Below, in pieces: positions 1-14,461 of a stretch of DNA of 64,000 nucleotides (the stretch's first letter is position 1; every line of letters starts with the position of its first letter). The notes beneath the pieces are model-generated. The model searched no databases, had not been told where the DNA came from, and saw only the letters and a list, made by a program, of their open reading frames with translations. Both the position numbers and the translations under genes were made by a program. Source of the stretch: the human T2T-CHM13v2.0 reference genome, Homo sapiens; the NCBI RefSeq assembly GCF_009914755.1, contig NC_060932.1; one strand, written 5' to 3'.

Positions 1-1493
1 GGAGTTACGGCAAGGACTTGGGGGCGGCCCATGCTGGGGGTGGAACAGTCTGGAAGAGGCCACGGAAGATGAAGCTCATTGACCCTGAATGTGTCTGACC
101 ATAGAACAAGGACAGGGAGGTGAGGGGAGAAATTAGTACTATTAAGTATTTAGAAGAAAATGTAAAAATCCAAGAAAACTATTAACTCTACTAAAGCTCT
201 GCTCACTCCACTAAAGGTTTCACAAAACGGAATAATCGTGTGTTATGTGACTCAGCAAGAAACGGTGTTTACGGAGACATAAACATGTAAACAATACTGA
301 TGTACAAACATTTTGAAAAAATCATATTGGAAGGACGGGGGTTGTAAAAAATGTGCATCCATGGTGGGGGAAGCTGCTAAAAAAAACCAAAATCCTTAGT
401 TTCCAAAGTCAATACATAAGATTTAATCCCTTCCCTCCCTGCCAAAAAAGAAAGAAAAAGAAGAAGAAAACAGGAAGCAACAGTGTAAGTGCGTGACTCT
501 GAAAGGGGGGGTGGTTTTACCCAGGAGCAGCCACTGCAGAGCTGGAGGGTGTGTGACTGGAGTGATGGGCAGAACATTGCTGTTTTTAATAATAATTCCT
601 GAGAATTATTTGAATCTAAAATATATGCAACACATAACTGACAAATTTAAAAAAAAGTTCAATATGGGCTCTTCAGTGAAAAAAGTTTACCAAAATGCAC
701 ATACACCAGTTATTTTGGTTGTTGACAAATCAGTCTTATCTTTGGGACAAATGGAATTATCAACACTCTTCTAGAACCAAAGAAACAGATCGTGTGAAGT
801 GAACAAATATCAATCAATTGGCTAAATCATTGCCATAATTACCATGCTTTGACCTAACCGTACAAGAACATTTTCCTCCGTCTCATGTCCAAGGACGGAT
901 GTGGGCACTGTTCCTCATCCGGCTGCCTCCTGTCCCTCACAGAGCGCCACTCGGCCCAGCCCTGATATCCAGCAGGACTCCTCCTGGACGTGCATCTCAA
1001 CGGACACTGCGCGATGGCCCGTGCAGAAGTGACCCACGGTTCTTACGTTTTTTATTGTGATTTCATCATTTTGCCCCCGGCCAAGACTTCTCTTTTTCCA
1101 GATGCAAGTAAATTATAACATTTTTCCTTTAACATTTCCAAGGCACAGCACTTCAAAAATATGTTGTTCATGATTAAAAAAAAATCAATAAACTGGGCAT
1201 AGAAGGGAACTTCTTCAACATGATAAAGGCCACGTATGAAACCCACAGCGAACATCATACAGGATGGTGAAAACAGGGATGCTTTCTCCTCAAGATCAGG
1301 AATGAGACCAGGATTCCCACTCACGGCACTTTTTGTCAACATCGTATTAGAACTTCTAGCCAGGGCAATTAGTCAACAACAACAACAACAAAAGGAAGCA
1401 AAGGGCATCCAGACTGGACAGGGAAAGTACAACTATCTTTACTCACAAAGGAAAAAGTAAAACTACCCGAAATCACAGATGACAGCATCTTGC

Positions 1494-1908
1494 ACAGTGA
1501 TGTACCACAAAAGACGCTGGTGAAAGGCTGGCCGCATGGGGGACGGTGGAGCCTTAAGATAATGCGGACCCTGAAGATGGTAACACTGCACTTTCACCGT
1601 TCGTTTTTAATGTTTGGATGCTGAAAGGCTGGCTGCATATAGGACGGCGGACCCTGAAGATGATAACGCTGTATTTTCACCGCACCTTCTTAATGTTTGG
1701 ATGCATGAACACTCACCATGGTGTTACAGTTGCCACTGTCTTCAGCACAGGCATGTACTGATTGGGCGAGCAGCCTGGGAGCAACAGGCTGTGCCACACA
1801 GCCCAGGCCTGCAGCTGGATCCACTGTCTAGTGTGTGTAAGCGCACTTTGCTCACACAGCAATGGACTCCTTTGGAATGTATTACCGTTGTTAAGTGATG
1901 TGTGACTG
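1494..1908 (+). mobile_element. Tigger3a/MER7A-type TcMar DNA transposon fossil with an internal ~90-bp duplication
   Basis: Ends CAGTGATG... and ...TGTGACTG-TA; body resembles the recalled Tigger3a consensus; L1 sequence resumes across it. Confidence 0.7.
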
Positions 1909-2073
1909 TACACAGAAAATCTAAGAAATCCACAACAAAAATGTAAGAGCTAATAAACTAGTTAGGCAAAACCGCAGGATACAAGGTCAATACACAAAAT
2001 CCCTTGCATTTTCACAGACAAACACTGAACATTCCCAAAAGAAAACAAACAAAAAAGAAAGCAATTCCACTTA

Positions 2074-2502
<429 letters not shown>

Positions 2503-2846
2503 CTACAAAAGATGGTTGAAAGAAATTAAAAAGAACTTAAATAAACAAAAAGACATCCTAAAGCTAGGGACTGGACAATGTAATAGTGTTAAGAAGACAA
2601 TACTGCCCAGTGTTCTACAAACTCATGCAATACCCATCAAAATTTCAAATGATTTTTTTTTGCAGAAATTGACATGCTGATCCTAACATTAATATGGAAT
2701 TGCAAGAGACCCTGAGTCTTGAAAAAGAACAAAGTTGAGGGACCCACACTTCTCAATTCAAAACTTAGTACACAGCTACAGCAATCAAAACAAGATGGTG
2801 GATGGTACAGACATGGGATGGACATACATCAATGGAATAGAATTGA

Positions 2847-3194
<348 letters not shown>

Positions 3195-4371
3195 TGCCAA
3201 CTGATTTTCAATGAGTGCTAAGTCCACTTGATGGGGAAATGATGTCTTCCACAACTGGTGTTAAGACAACTGGATATCCACATGCAAAGGAATGAAGTTG
3301 GAACTCTACCTCACACCATACACAACATCAGCTGAAAATGGATCAAGGACCTACACATAAGTGCTAAAACTATAAAACTCTTAGAAGAAAACCTAGGCAT
3401 AAATCTTTGTGGCCTTTGATTAGGCAATGATGTCTTAAATATGATATAAAAAACACAGGCAACAAAAGAAAAAATAGATAAATTGGACTTTATCAAAATT
3501 AAAAACTTTGGGGCTTTAAAGGATACCATTAAGAAAGTGAAAAGATAACTCATGGTATGGAAGAAAATATTCGCAAATCAGGTATCTGATGAGGACTCAG
3601 TATGGAGGATGTACAACCAATTCCGACAACTCAGCAACAGAAAGACAATCCAATTAAAACTGGGCAAAGGACGTAAGCAGATATTTCTCTAAAGAAGATA
3701 CACAAATGGACAACACGCAGGGAAAGATGCTCAACATTCTCAGTCATCAGAAAAATGGAAAACCACAATGAGATACCACTTCACACCTCCTAGGGTGGCT
3801 ATTATCTAAAAAAAAAAAATAGAAAATAAGTGTTAGTGAGCATGTAGAGAAACTAGAACCTTTGTACAATGCTGGTGGACATGTAATATGGTTCAGCTGC
3901 TGTGGACAAGAGTCCGGCAGTTTCTGAAAAAGTTAAACATGGAGTTACCATTTGACCCTGCATTTCCACTCCTAAGTATAAACTCAAGAGAATCGAAAAC
4001 ATACGTCCACACCAGGCCACACAAGAACATGTGCATGGATTCTCATAGCAATGTTACTGACAATAGCTAAAAAGGAGAAACAACCAAACATTCATCAACT
4101 GATGAATGGAGAAACAAAATGTGGTCTATTCATACAATGGAATATTATTCAGCCTTAAAAAAGAAAGTTAGTTCTGACCCATGCTACAACATGAATGAAC
4201 CTTTAAAAAATTATGCTACATGAAAAAACCCAGACACAAAGGGTCATATGTTGCATGATTCCATTTATATGACATGTCCAGAACAGACAAATCTATAAAG
4301 AAAACAGATTAGTGGTTTCCAGAGGCTGGAGGGACTGGGGAATGGGGGCTGAGTGGTTACGGGATAATGAG

Positions 4372-4381
4372 TTTTTTTTTT

Positions 4382-4413
<32 letters not shown>

Positions 4414-4694
4414 AGACAGGGTCTCACTGCATTGTCTAGGCTGGAGTGCAGTGGCACAGTCTTGGCTCACTGAAGTCTTGTCTTCTCAGGCTCAAGTGAC
4501 CCTCCCACCTCAGCCTCTTGAGTAGCTGCGATATAGGTGTACATCATCATACCTGGCTAATTTTTGTACTTTTTGCTAGAGATGGGTGACTCGCCATGTT
4601 GCCCAGGCTGGTCTCCAACTCCTAAGCTCAAGTGATCCACCCACCTCAGCCTCCCAAAGTGCTGTGATAACAGGGTGAGCCACTTTGCCCGGCC
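4372..4694 (-). mobile_element. Alu (AluJ-like)
   Basis: Long poly(T) plus antisense Alu body. Confidence 0.9.
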
Positions 4695-5922
4695 AAGTGT
4701 TTCTTTTTGGTGTGGTAAGAATATTCTGGAATTAGATGGTGGTAATGGAATGGTTGTACAACAGTGTCAATATACTAAAAAGCAGTAAATTGTATACTTT
4801 GAATTGGTTGATTTGAAATGGTAAATTTGAGGTTACCTTTCTGGGGTGCAGCCTTATCTATCTCTGCCCTTGTGACACGACCTGATCATCACAAATTCCC
4901 TTTTAAGCCAGGGCCAAGTGGTTTTGGTTGCTTGTAATTGAAGGGTCTAAATTGTCCAAGCAACTGACCCAAGGGCATCAGACTTGACAGACCAGAGTCT
5001 GAACCCTCAGAAATCACATGTGAGACCATGTCACCGAGGGAACCGAAGCAGGGGCAGCATCTGCACCCTCACCCTGGGGGGTTCAGCCCTCAAGGGCCAT
5101 AGCCTGTTTCTCCGTGTGCCCACCAATCCTGATTCTGTATTGGCACCTCCACCTGGACACGGCTCCAACTGTTCAGCAAAAGGCTCGTGCACCCAACCTT
5201 CTCATTTGCTCCCTGGAAAAATAATCTTTTACCCTTTGAGACTAGGTCAACTCACATCAGTATTTTGACTTTTAATTCAACATCTTCATATTAAAGAGTA
5301 TATTACAGATGCCACTGAAACGAAGTGGCTGAATGCTGAAGCTTTGTGAAAAGACGTCACCCAAAGGATCACCAAAAACTTCAAAGGCCAAGTGCTTTGT
5401 CAGACTCAAATGGACCCAGCCACTTAAAAGTGAAAAGCCAATCACTTTAGGCAAGAAAATATATATCTTCTAGAATGAAACTGGCCTGGAATTTACAGAT
5501 ATTATTTTTTCACTTAGGAATGATCCATCATCCATCCATGCATACAGCTTCAACTGCCCCACCTAATTTCATCTTCCTACCACCAGATATGTTACTGGTA
5601 AACAATCACCGTTAAAACTTTAGGTAGGTTAGAACAAAGAAAAAGTAAATCGACCTTAAAAATACAATTTTAAAAAAGATTAAAAATGTTGGTTCAGTAA
5701 AATTCAGAGAAAAACAGGAAATGTTAGGGATGCCCTGCTTCTTGTAAGGCATAACAGTGCACATGCTCCCCATTATCATCACCGTCAGAGCCGTACATTC
5801 TTATAATCAATAAACCTACGCTGACACACGTTGCCACCCCGGTCTGCAGTTTACATTGCGGTTCACTCTCGTACATCCTGTGAGTTGAAGCAAACGCAGA
5901 ATGAGATGCGCCCACCATGACA

Positions 5923-6260
5923 GCATCGTACAGGGCAGTTTCACCGTCGTGCAAATCCTCTGGGCTCCACCTGCTCCTCCCAGTCCTCGGCATCATACAG
6001 GGCAGTTTCACCGTCCTGCAAGTCCTCTGGGCTCCACCTGCTCCTCCCAGTCCTCGGCATCGTACGGGGCGGTTTCACCGTCCTGCAAGTCCTCTGGGCT
6101 CCACCTGCTCCTCCCAGTCCTTGGCATCGTACGGGGCGGTTTCACTGTCCTGCAAGTCCTCTGGGCTCCACCTGCTCCTTCCAGTCCTCGGCATCGTACG
6201 GGGCGGTTTCACCGTCCTGCAAGGCCCCTGGGCTCCACCTGCTCCTCCCAGTCCTCGGCA
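5923..6260. repeat. Minisatellite, 67-bp unit x5
   Basis: Unit starts at 5923, 5990, 6057, 6124, 6191. Confidence 0.95.
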
Positions 6261-7201
6261 GTCACTGATCTTTTTCGGGTCTCCTCAGTTTTGCTTTTCC
6301 ACAGTGTTACAGAGTTGGAATTGCAATGTGTAGCCTTTTCAGATCGGTTTCTTTCACTTACTAATAAGCATTTAAGGTCCCATCATGTCTTTTCATGGCT
6401 TGACAGTTCATTTCTTTTTAGCCCTGAATAATTTTCCGTTGTCTGGATGTACCACAATTTGCTTATTCATTCACTTACTGAAGGACATCTTCGTTGCTTC
6501 CAAGTTTCGGCAGTTATGAATAAAGCTGCTATAAACATCCATGTGCAGGTTTATTGACGTTTTCCATCTATTTGGATAAATGTCAAGGGGCATAACTGCT
6601 GGATCCTACAGGTAAGAGTATGTTCAGTTGTGTAAGAAACTACCCAACTGTCTTCCAAAGTGGCTGCCCTGTTTTGCATTCCCATCTGCAGTGATGAGAG
6701 TCCTTGTTCCTCCAGCATTTGGTGTTGTTAGTGTTCTGGATTTTGTCCATTCTAGTAGGTATGTGGTGGTGTCTCATTGTCTTAATTTGCATTTCCCTGA
6801 TAACATATGATGTGAAACATCTTTACATAGGATTATTTGCCATCTACATATTTTCCTTGGTGAGGTCCACATCTTTGGCCCATTTTCTTATTAAGTTTTA
6901 AGAATTCTTCAAACATTTTGAGTAACAGTCCTTTGTCAGGTATGTCTTTTGAAAATATTTTCTCTAAGTCTGTGGCCTGTCTCTTCATTCTCTTGACAAT
7001 GTCATTCGCAGAGCACAAGATTTTAATTTTAATGATGTCCAGGTTATCAACTGGACATCTACTTATCAATTCTTTCTTTGATTGATCAAGCCTTTGGTGT
7101 TGTAGCTAAAAAGTCACTGCTGAACCCGAGGGCACCTAGATTGCCTCCCATGTAATCTTCTAACCGTTTATAGTTTTGCATTTTACACTCAGGTGTAAGA
7201 T

Positions 7202-7497
7202 CTTTTTTTTTTTTTTTGAGATGGAGTCTTGCTCTGTCACCCAGGCCGGACTGCAGTGGCAACATCTCAGCTCACTGCAACCTCTGCTCCTGGGTTCAAG
7301 CAATTCTTCTGCCTCAGCCGACCGAGTGGCTGGGACTACAGGCGCCCGCCACCATGCCCAGCTGATTTTTTGTATTTTTATTAGAGACAGGGTTTCACCA
7401 TGTTAGCCAGGATGGTGTCGATCTCCTGACCTCGTGATCCGCCCATCTTGGCCTCCCAAAGTGCTGGGATTATAGGTGTGATCCACCGCGCCCAGTC
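7202..7497 (-). mobile_element. Alu (AluSc/Y-like)
   Basis: Poly(T) plus full antisense Alu. Confidence 0.92.
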
Positions 7498-8116
7498 CAG
7501 ATCCATTTTTAGTAAGATTTTTTTGTGAAAGGTTTAAGGTCTGTGTCTATATTTTTATGCATGTGGATGTCTAGTTGTGCCAGCCCCATTTGTTGAAAAG
7601 ACCATTCACTGAATAGCCTTTGTTTGCTCCTGTATCAAAGATAAGTCAGTGGTATTTATGTGGGTCTATTTCTGTACTCTCTATTCTGTCCCATTAATCT
7701 ATGTGTCTACTCTTTTGCCAAAAATACGCTGTCTTGATTACTGTAGATTTCTGGTAAGTAACTCTTGAAGTCATGTAATGCCAGTCCTTTATTTTGTTTT
7801 TCTCCTTTAATATTCTGTTGGCTATTCTCAGTCTTTTGCGTCTCCATCTAAACTTTAGAATCAGTTTATCAATATCCACAAAATAACTTGCTGGGATATT
7901 AATCAGGATTGTATTGAATGTGTACATCAAGTTAGGAAGAATGAGTATCTCTATAATATCGAGTCTTCCTATCCATGAACATGGAATATCTGTTCAATTT
8001 TTAGTCTTCTTTGATTTCTTTCATCAGAGTTCTATAGCTTCTTCATATAGATGTTGTACACATTTGTTAGATCTACACTAAAATATTTTATTATGGGGGG
8101 GTGGTAATATAAATGA

Positions 8117-8408
<292 letters not shown>

Positions 8409-8627
8409 TGTTTTTAATTTCAAATTCCACTTGTTCTTTGCTGACATATAGGAAAGCAGTTGACTTCCGTGTATTAACTTTGTATCGTACAACCCCACTA
8501 TAATCCTTTATTAGTTCCAGAAGTCTTTTTTGTTGCTTCTTTCAGATTTTCATTACCTGCTTTTTCTTTAAAAACTTTGTTATACTGATTGAAAAAGCAA
8601 GAAAATTTCTAACAGGCACAATGGACA

Positions 8628-9016
8628 GTGCATTAGCTTTCTAGGGCTGCCACTACAAAGCCCCACAGACTGGGCGAAGTCAACAACAGACATTTGTTCT
8701 CTCACAGCCCGGAAGGCTGGAAGGCCAAGGTCATAGTCTCAGCAGGGCTGCCTTTGGACCTTGGCTTGCAGACGCCGTTCTCTCTCAGTTGTCACAGGGT
8801 CAAGCCTCTCTACGTATGTGTGTCCTGATCTCATCTTCTAATATGGACACCAGTAATACTGGATTAGGGTGCACCCTGACGACTTCATTGACCCTTAATC
8901 AACTTTAGGACCCCATCTCCAAACACAGTCACATTCTGAAGTATGGGGGGTTAGGGCTTCAACATACAAATTTGCTGGTGGCGGCTGTGAGGCGGGGAGC
9001 GCAATTCAGCCTATAA
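8628..9016 (-). mobile_element. MaLR solo LTR (MLT1A/B-like)
   Basis: TTAGCTTTCTAGGGCTGCC...CAGTCACATTCTGAAGTATGGGGGTTAGGGCTTCAACATA, typical antisense MLT1. Confidence 0.75.
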
Positions 9017-9640
9017 TAAGTATATTCTTTAAATGGCAAAAGTATGTGCAAAAGCAGTCATTTACTCCTTAATTGGAACGTTATCCTACTACACTGGGAG
9101 CTTGTACCATTTGAAAACATTAAGCCATATGGGAAAAATGTAGAAAAGAACATGGAATACACGGATTTGTCCCATGGGAAAAGCATGCTTAGTGTAACCC
9201 CGTATCTAGGAGACGTGAAGGGAACTTTTTCCTTCTCACTTGTCTTCTATCCTTGACCAGAACGGTGTCTGTGGCACTCATCACATCGCAGGTTAGACAG
9301 GCTTTCTGAGCCGGCCTGGAAATGGAATCACCACACAGAATATTACGTCTGTGGGAAGATGTGTTCAGAGTCAATGGAGATCTGACCTGTGGGGCTGGAA
9401 GGTGATTTGTGGGATGACGAGGACCTGCCTGCTGAGATCCTGGTGCGCAGCTCCATTATAAGGTGTGTGAAAACCAGAGACCACGCAGCTCTCAGGAACA
9501 CAAATGCGTGGAGAACAAATGCCCAGTGAGAGACCACCACTATACAAACACGAACGAGACCCCCAGAAATGGCACCCAGGAACCCACGTCTGGCTTCATA
9601 GACTTATGTGTTTACTGGGGAACCGAATGGACCCGCCCAC

Positions 9641-10885
9641 ATGTGCTGCACCCAGGCGGCCTCTTCTGGCATCTCTCAGTGGGATGTGCTGCACCCAGGC
9701 GGCCTCTTCCGGCATCTCTCGGTGGGATGTGCTGCACCCAGGCGGCCTCTTCCCGCATCTCTCGGTGGGATGTGCTGCACCCAGGCGGCCTCTTCCCGCA
9801 TCTCTCGGTGGGATGTGCTGCACCCAGGCGGCCTCTTCCCGCATCTCTCGGTGGGATGTGCTGCACCCAGGCGGCCTCTTCCCGCATCTCTCGGTGGGAT
9901 GTGCTGCACCCAGGCGGCCTCTTCCGGCATCTCTCGGTGGGATGTGCTGCACCCAGGCGGCCTCTTCCGGCATCTCTCGGTGGGATGTGCTGCACCCAGG
10001 CGGCCTCTTCCCGCATCTCTCGGTGGGATGTGCTGCACCCAGGCGGCCTCTTCCCGCATCTCTCGGTGGGATGTGCTGCACCCAGGCGGCCTCTTCCGGC
10101 ATCTCTCGGTGGGATGTGCTGCACCCAGGCGGCCTCTTCCCGCATCTCTCGGTGGGATGTGCTGCACCCAGGCGGCCTCTTCCGGCATCTCTCGGTGGGA
10201 TGTGCTGCACCCAGGCGGCCTCTTCCGGCATCTCTCGGTGGGATGTGCTGCACCCAGGCGGCCTCTTCCGGCATCTCTCGGTGGGATGTGCTGCACCCAG
10301 GCGGCCTCTTCCGGCATCTCTCGGTGGGATGTGCTGCACCCAGGCGGCCTCTTCCGGCATCTCTCGGTGGGATGTGCTGCACCCAGATGTTCTCATCCCA
10401 CGTCTCTCAGTAGGATGTGCTGTACATAGGTGGTCTATTCCCGTGTCTCTCGGTGGGATGTGCTGCACAGAGGTGACCTCTTCCTGCATCTCTCGGTGGG
10501 ATGTACTCCACCCAGGTGTTCTCTTCCCACGTCTCTCAGTTGGATGTGCTGCGCACAGCCGGTCTATTCTCGTGTCTCTTGGTGGGATGTCTTACACCCA
10601 GGTGGTCTATTCCCGTGTCTCTCGGTGGGATGTGCCGCACCCAGGTGGTCTATTCCCGTGTCTCTCAGTGGGATGTGTTACATCCAGGTGGTCTCTTCCC
10701 ACATCTCTCAGTGGGATGTGCTGCACCCAGGTGGCCTCTTCCCGCATCTCTCAGTGGGATGTGGTCCACCCAGGTGGTCTCTTCTCGTGTCTCTCAGTAG
10801 GATGTGCCGTAGACAGGTGGTCTATTCCCGTGTCTCTCAGTGGGATGTGCTGCACCCAGGTGGTCTCTTCCCGTGTCTCTCAGCG
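9641..10885. repeat. Minisatellite, 43-bp unit, ~29 copies (17 homogeneous, ~12 diverged)
   Basis: ATGTGCTGCACCCAGGCGGCCTCTTCC[G/C]GCATCTCTCGGTGGG at exact 43-bp period from 9641. Confidence 0.97.
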
Positions 10886-11432
10886 GGGTCCTCTCACAGT
10901 CTCACAGGTGAGCGGAGTTGCACTGCAGGGACCAGAGCTGATGGGACTCTCATGGCAGATGATCCTGCAGCCACCAAGAGCTTAACATGGGGCTGTCATG
11001 GGACAGACGTCTGCCAAAGACCACGGGACAAGAACCTCAGAAGCCTGTCCCTGAGTGGGCACAAGCCAACGGGGCCAAGGGGGCCACCACAGTGACTGGG
11101 GGCATGGTGTATGGTGGGGAAGGCGCCTGTCTTCCTCAGAGGACAGGAAGGCTGGCCCAAGCCCCAGTTTCAGTCCAATCGCCATCTTCAGAGCACACAA
11201 GTAAATGACCCCAAAAAGGCAGCACCCTGACCTGGCCTTGGCTGGGGAGTCCACAGGGGCCTTGGCAGAGCTTGTGTGGAGAGCGATGCCTGCCCTGCCC
11301 ACCTGCTGCAGGCCCTCTGCAGACCTGCAGACAGATGCCCGAGGCCCAAAAGACACATTCTCCAAGGCAAGTGATGATGACGGAGGTTAACTTCAGTTTC
11401 TGAGACCCACCCACATCTGCAGACAAACTCAC

Positions 11433-11579
11433 CTGTCAAAGGCTCAGCATGTTTCTGGCTCACTTTCTCAGAGGTCACTTTCTTTGGTGGATTTTGGACG
11501 GCCAGCGTCTGGGGTTCCCTCTTTCCTTGGCCACTTGGAACAGGAGGAAAAAGTCTCTGCAGCACCTTCTCCACAAACA
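11433..11579 (-). CDS. ERICH1: ERICH1 coding exon 2 (147 nt), (V)FVEKVLQRLFPPVPSGQGKREPQTLAVQNPPKKVTSEKVSQKHAEPLT
   Basis: Minus-strand pyrimidine tract then ...GTCTGTACAG acceptor (AG at 11581-11580) and GTGAGT donor (11432-11427). Phase 1-1 exon; peptide matches recalled ERICH1. Confidence 0.95.
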
Positions 11580-13569
11580 CTGTACAGACAACCGATTAAA
11601 AGAAAAGGAGGAAAAGGAATGAATTATGCAGTTTATCTGAATCACACGTGACTTTTACTCTACACAAACACACACATCCTGAAAGCACCAACGGAGACCC
11701 AAGTCCCTGGTCCTCCCACGCTGGGCACTGCACACCAGGATCCCCCAGACTCTGCCCGCAGAGGAACCCTTGAGGCTGGCCCGAGGACCCCCCACCATCC
11801 TGCCATCAGCTGACCCTCTCTCCAGGGCATCACCCTGCATCCAGGAGGCTGTGCACTGCTGGCAGGTGCTGCCTCTGGCTGCAGGTCCCTCGGTTCCTCC
11901 CTGTGAGGTTCAGGCACATGCAGGCCATGACCCCTGTCAGTGGGGGCTGTGGTCCTGGGTGGACGGTGTCAGTGGCCCACAGTGCTTGGAGCCAGGTGAG
12001 TGAATGGAGCAGGTCTGGCGGGCCCTGAGGCAGGGCAGGCACCACCCCGCGCCCTCTGGGAACCCACGGTCTGCACTCTCTCCCTTAAACTGAACGTGTC
12101 AACAACTGCGAATGGGGAGAATTCCGTGCATCTGACGTGGTTTAACGACTAAACAGAGATTCTTTACTTTGCTTGTTTTAGTTTACGTTGTTTAAACTGT
12201 GGGACAAACGGTCATAATGAATAAATATTTCTGCCCTGATTTAAGTGTGGTTAATAAACAGGCAGCTGCTTTGGAATAACCAAAAGTCGCACAGTGGAAA
12301 TCAGCACTCCTGAAACAACTGCCTGGTGCCTTTAGGAACAGGGAGGCAGGGACTTGGCCTGACTGGAGGCGTGCAGGGATCTGTCATAGGCCCCCTGAGA
12401 GGAGACGCTGGGGGTGGCTTCTAGGCGAGGCAGGGAGGCTCCACGGCCCTACCTGGGAACACTGTAGCTGAAGGCACAAATCCTTCCTAATTCTGGCCTC
12501 TGGGACAAACACGTGATAGAAATAACCCTCCTACAGGCCCCGCTGTTAAGAACACTATGTGGGTTTCCACGCAACGCTCACCAGAGCTCCCCGTGCCCTC
12601 CGTGGATGGACCATGAAAACCCTGAGCACAGAGCTCAGTGGGAGTGAGGTGCAGTGTGGTCATGAACAAGGTGGCTGCTCACTCAGACTCTCCACCTCCG
12701 CGGCTCCCAGAGAGTGAGCACAAAGCCTGCTTTTGCTGGGAGGAAACGACCTCTGGTTAAGTGGAAAACCTGAACTGAAACGATGTGATCCCTGAGACCC
12801 CGGGCTCTTCACCAGGTCCTGGCAATGAGAGGGTCCCCATACGCTATATTTTGAATATGATGCAGAAGTGCACTAGCACAGGATACCTCAAAAGCTCCTG
12901 CTGGCTGTGGTGAGCGGGTCCCACCCCTACAGAAAGGCCTTGCCTCAAGCATACCTGCCCGGCGGAGACACCTTGGCTCTCAGGGAGCAACAGGTGGTCT
13001 GTGAAATGCTTTTAAAAATGTGCTGCAGTGCTCCCAGGTATGTTCAAAAGAAGGTTCCAAGACTTCAGATAAAAATCCAATGGTCACATTTCCTTCAAAT
13101 GTCAAAGAAGAAAATGTCCTGTGCCAGATGACCAAGCTGGTGATGAGCAGAGGAGATGGTAGGCAGATAAGATGCACTTTATCCAACATCTTCATAAGCC
13201 AAAACAAATTCTAAGACAAAACCATAACCAGCCGTCCAATTCTGCAAACAAGGACAGGGGCGCTCAGAGCTAAAGCCTTGCTGGGCCTGGGGCAGCCAAC
13301 GCGGACATGTGGCTGAAGTCGCCTCCCCAGGCACAGCTGCCTGCGAGTGTCTGGAGCCAGGAAAATGCTATGGAGAAATCCCAGGCCATGGTCAGAGCCA
13401 GGCAATGCTGCAGAACGCCTGAGGCTGGGCAGGCACAAGACAGTCCCAGGGACGGGGGCAGGCCAGGGCAGGCCCTGACTAAACAGCCACCGCCAGGAGA
13501 CGCTGGGCCCAAGCAAGCATCAGATGACAGAGTTTTCTGAAACAAGGCAGCTGATCCCAAAGAAAATGG

Positions 13570-13865
13570 CAGAACACGCCAGGGTAAGGATCGGAGCGCA
13601 CTGAGAAACGGCACAACACATCAGCGTTTGGATCAGAGCGCACTGAGAAACCGCACAACACACCAGGGTACAGATTGGAGTGCACTGACAAACTGCACAA
13701 CACACCAGGGTACAGATCGGAGCGCACGGAGAAACCGCACAACGCACAACACACCAGGGTACAGATTGGAGTGCAATGACAAACCGCACAACACACCAGG
13801 GTATGGATCGGAGTGCACGGAGAAACCGCACAACACACCAGGGTACGGATTGGAGCGCACTGAGT
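13570..13865. repeat. Minisatellite, 42-bp unit x~7
   Basis: CAGGGTA anchors at 13580, 13622 (variant), 13664, 13706, 13755 (+7 insertion), 13797, 13839. Confidence 0.9.
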
Positions 13866-14461
13866 CTGGCCCCAGGTCACGGTCTTTCAAGGCTTCCTGA
13901 GGCAGATTTCGGAGCTAAAAGCGACATAATAAGAATGTGCCTTAAAAAAAAAGAAAGGTAGGGAGCATTTTCACTGAATTCCATCCACTGCCTGAAATAA
14001 ATTACATTTATAGCCTAATTAACAGTGGTTTTCCACCAACACTGTTAAATTTCATGTTTCAAATGAAAATATCTGATATAGGTGTACAGTACATTTCGAA
14101 TCTTTATAAAAATTCTAAAATGGAAGTAGAAGGCGGGAACAATCTAAAGTCAGCTGGCTTTAAATTCAGAGTGACAGCTGACAGGGGTTTCTCAGGGATA
14201 ACTGACATGGCAGAGGCCACCCTGGGAGTCACAAGCTCCGCCTTCTGTAACACAGGCATTTCTCTCGGAAGAGATTTACGTGATCCCAGCCTCACGACCT
14301 GAAAGCCAGGAATCAATCTGCTGGCACAGCGTGCAGGGACCACAGAACCCCAAGGCCTCTGGGTCTTCAGCCTCTAGGATTTCTGCAATTCCCCTGCACG
14401 CCTGCTCAGGTGCCACACGAGCAGATTCGAGAGGGGTGGTTCCCAGAACCATGCAGACCCA

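Noticed and set aside
9463-10985. Long ORFs (up to 493 aa) in all six frames
   Set aside because: Product of a stop-free 43-bp repeat (3 units = 43 aa); no splice or coding context.
11188-11432. ORF continuation beyond ERICH1 exon 2
   Set aside because: Reads through the GTGAGT donor at 11432 into intron; only 11433-11579 matches ERICH1.
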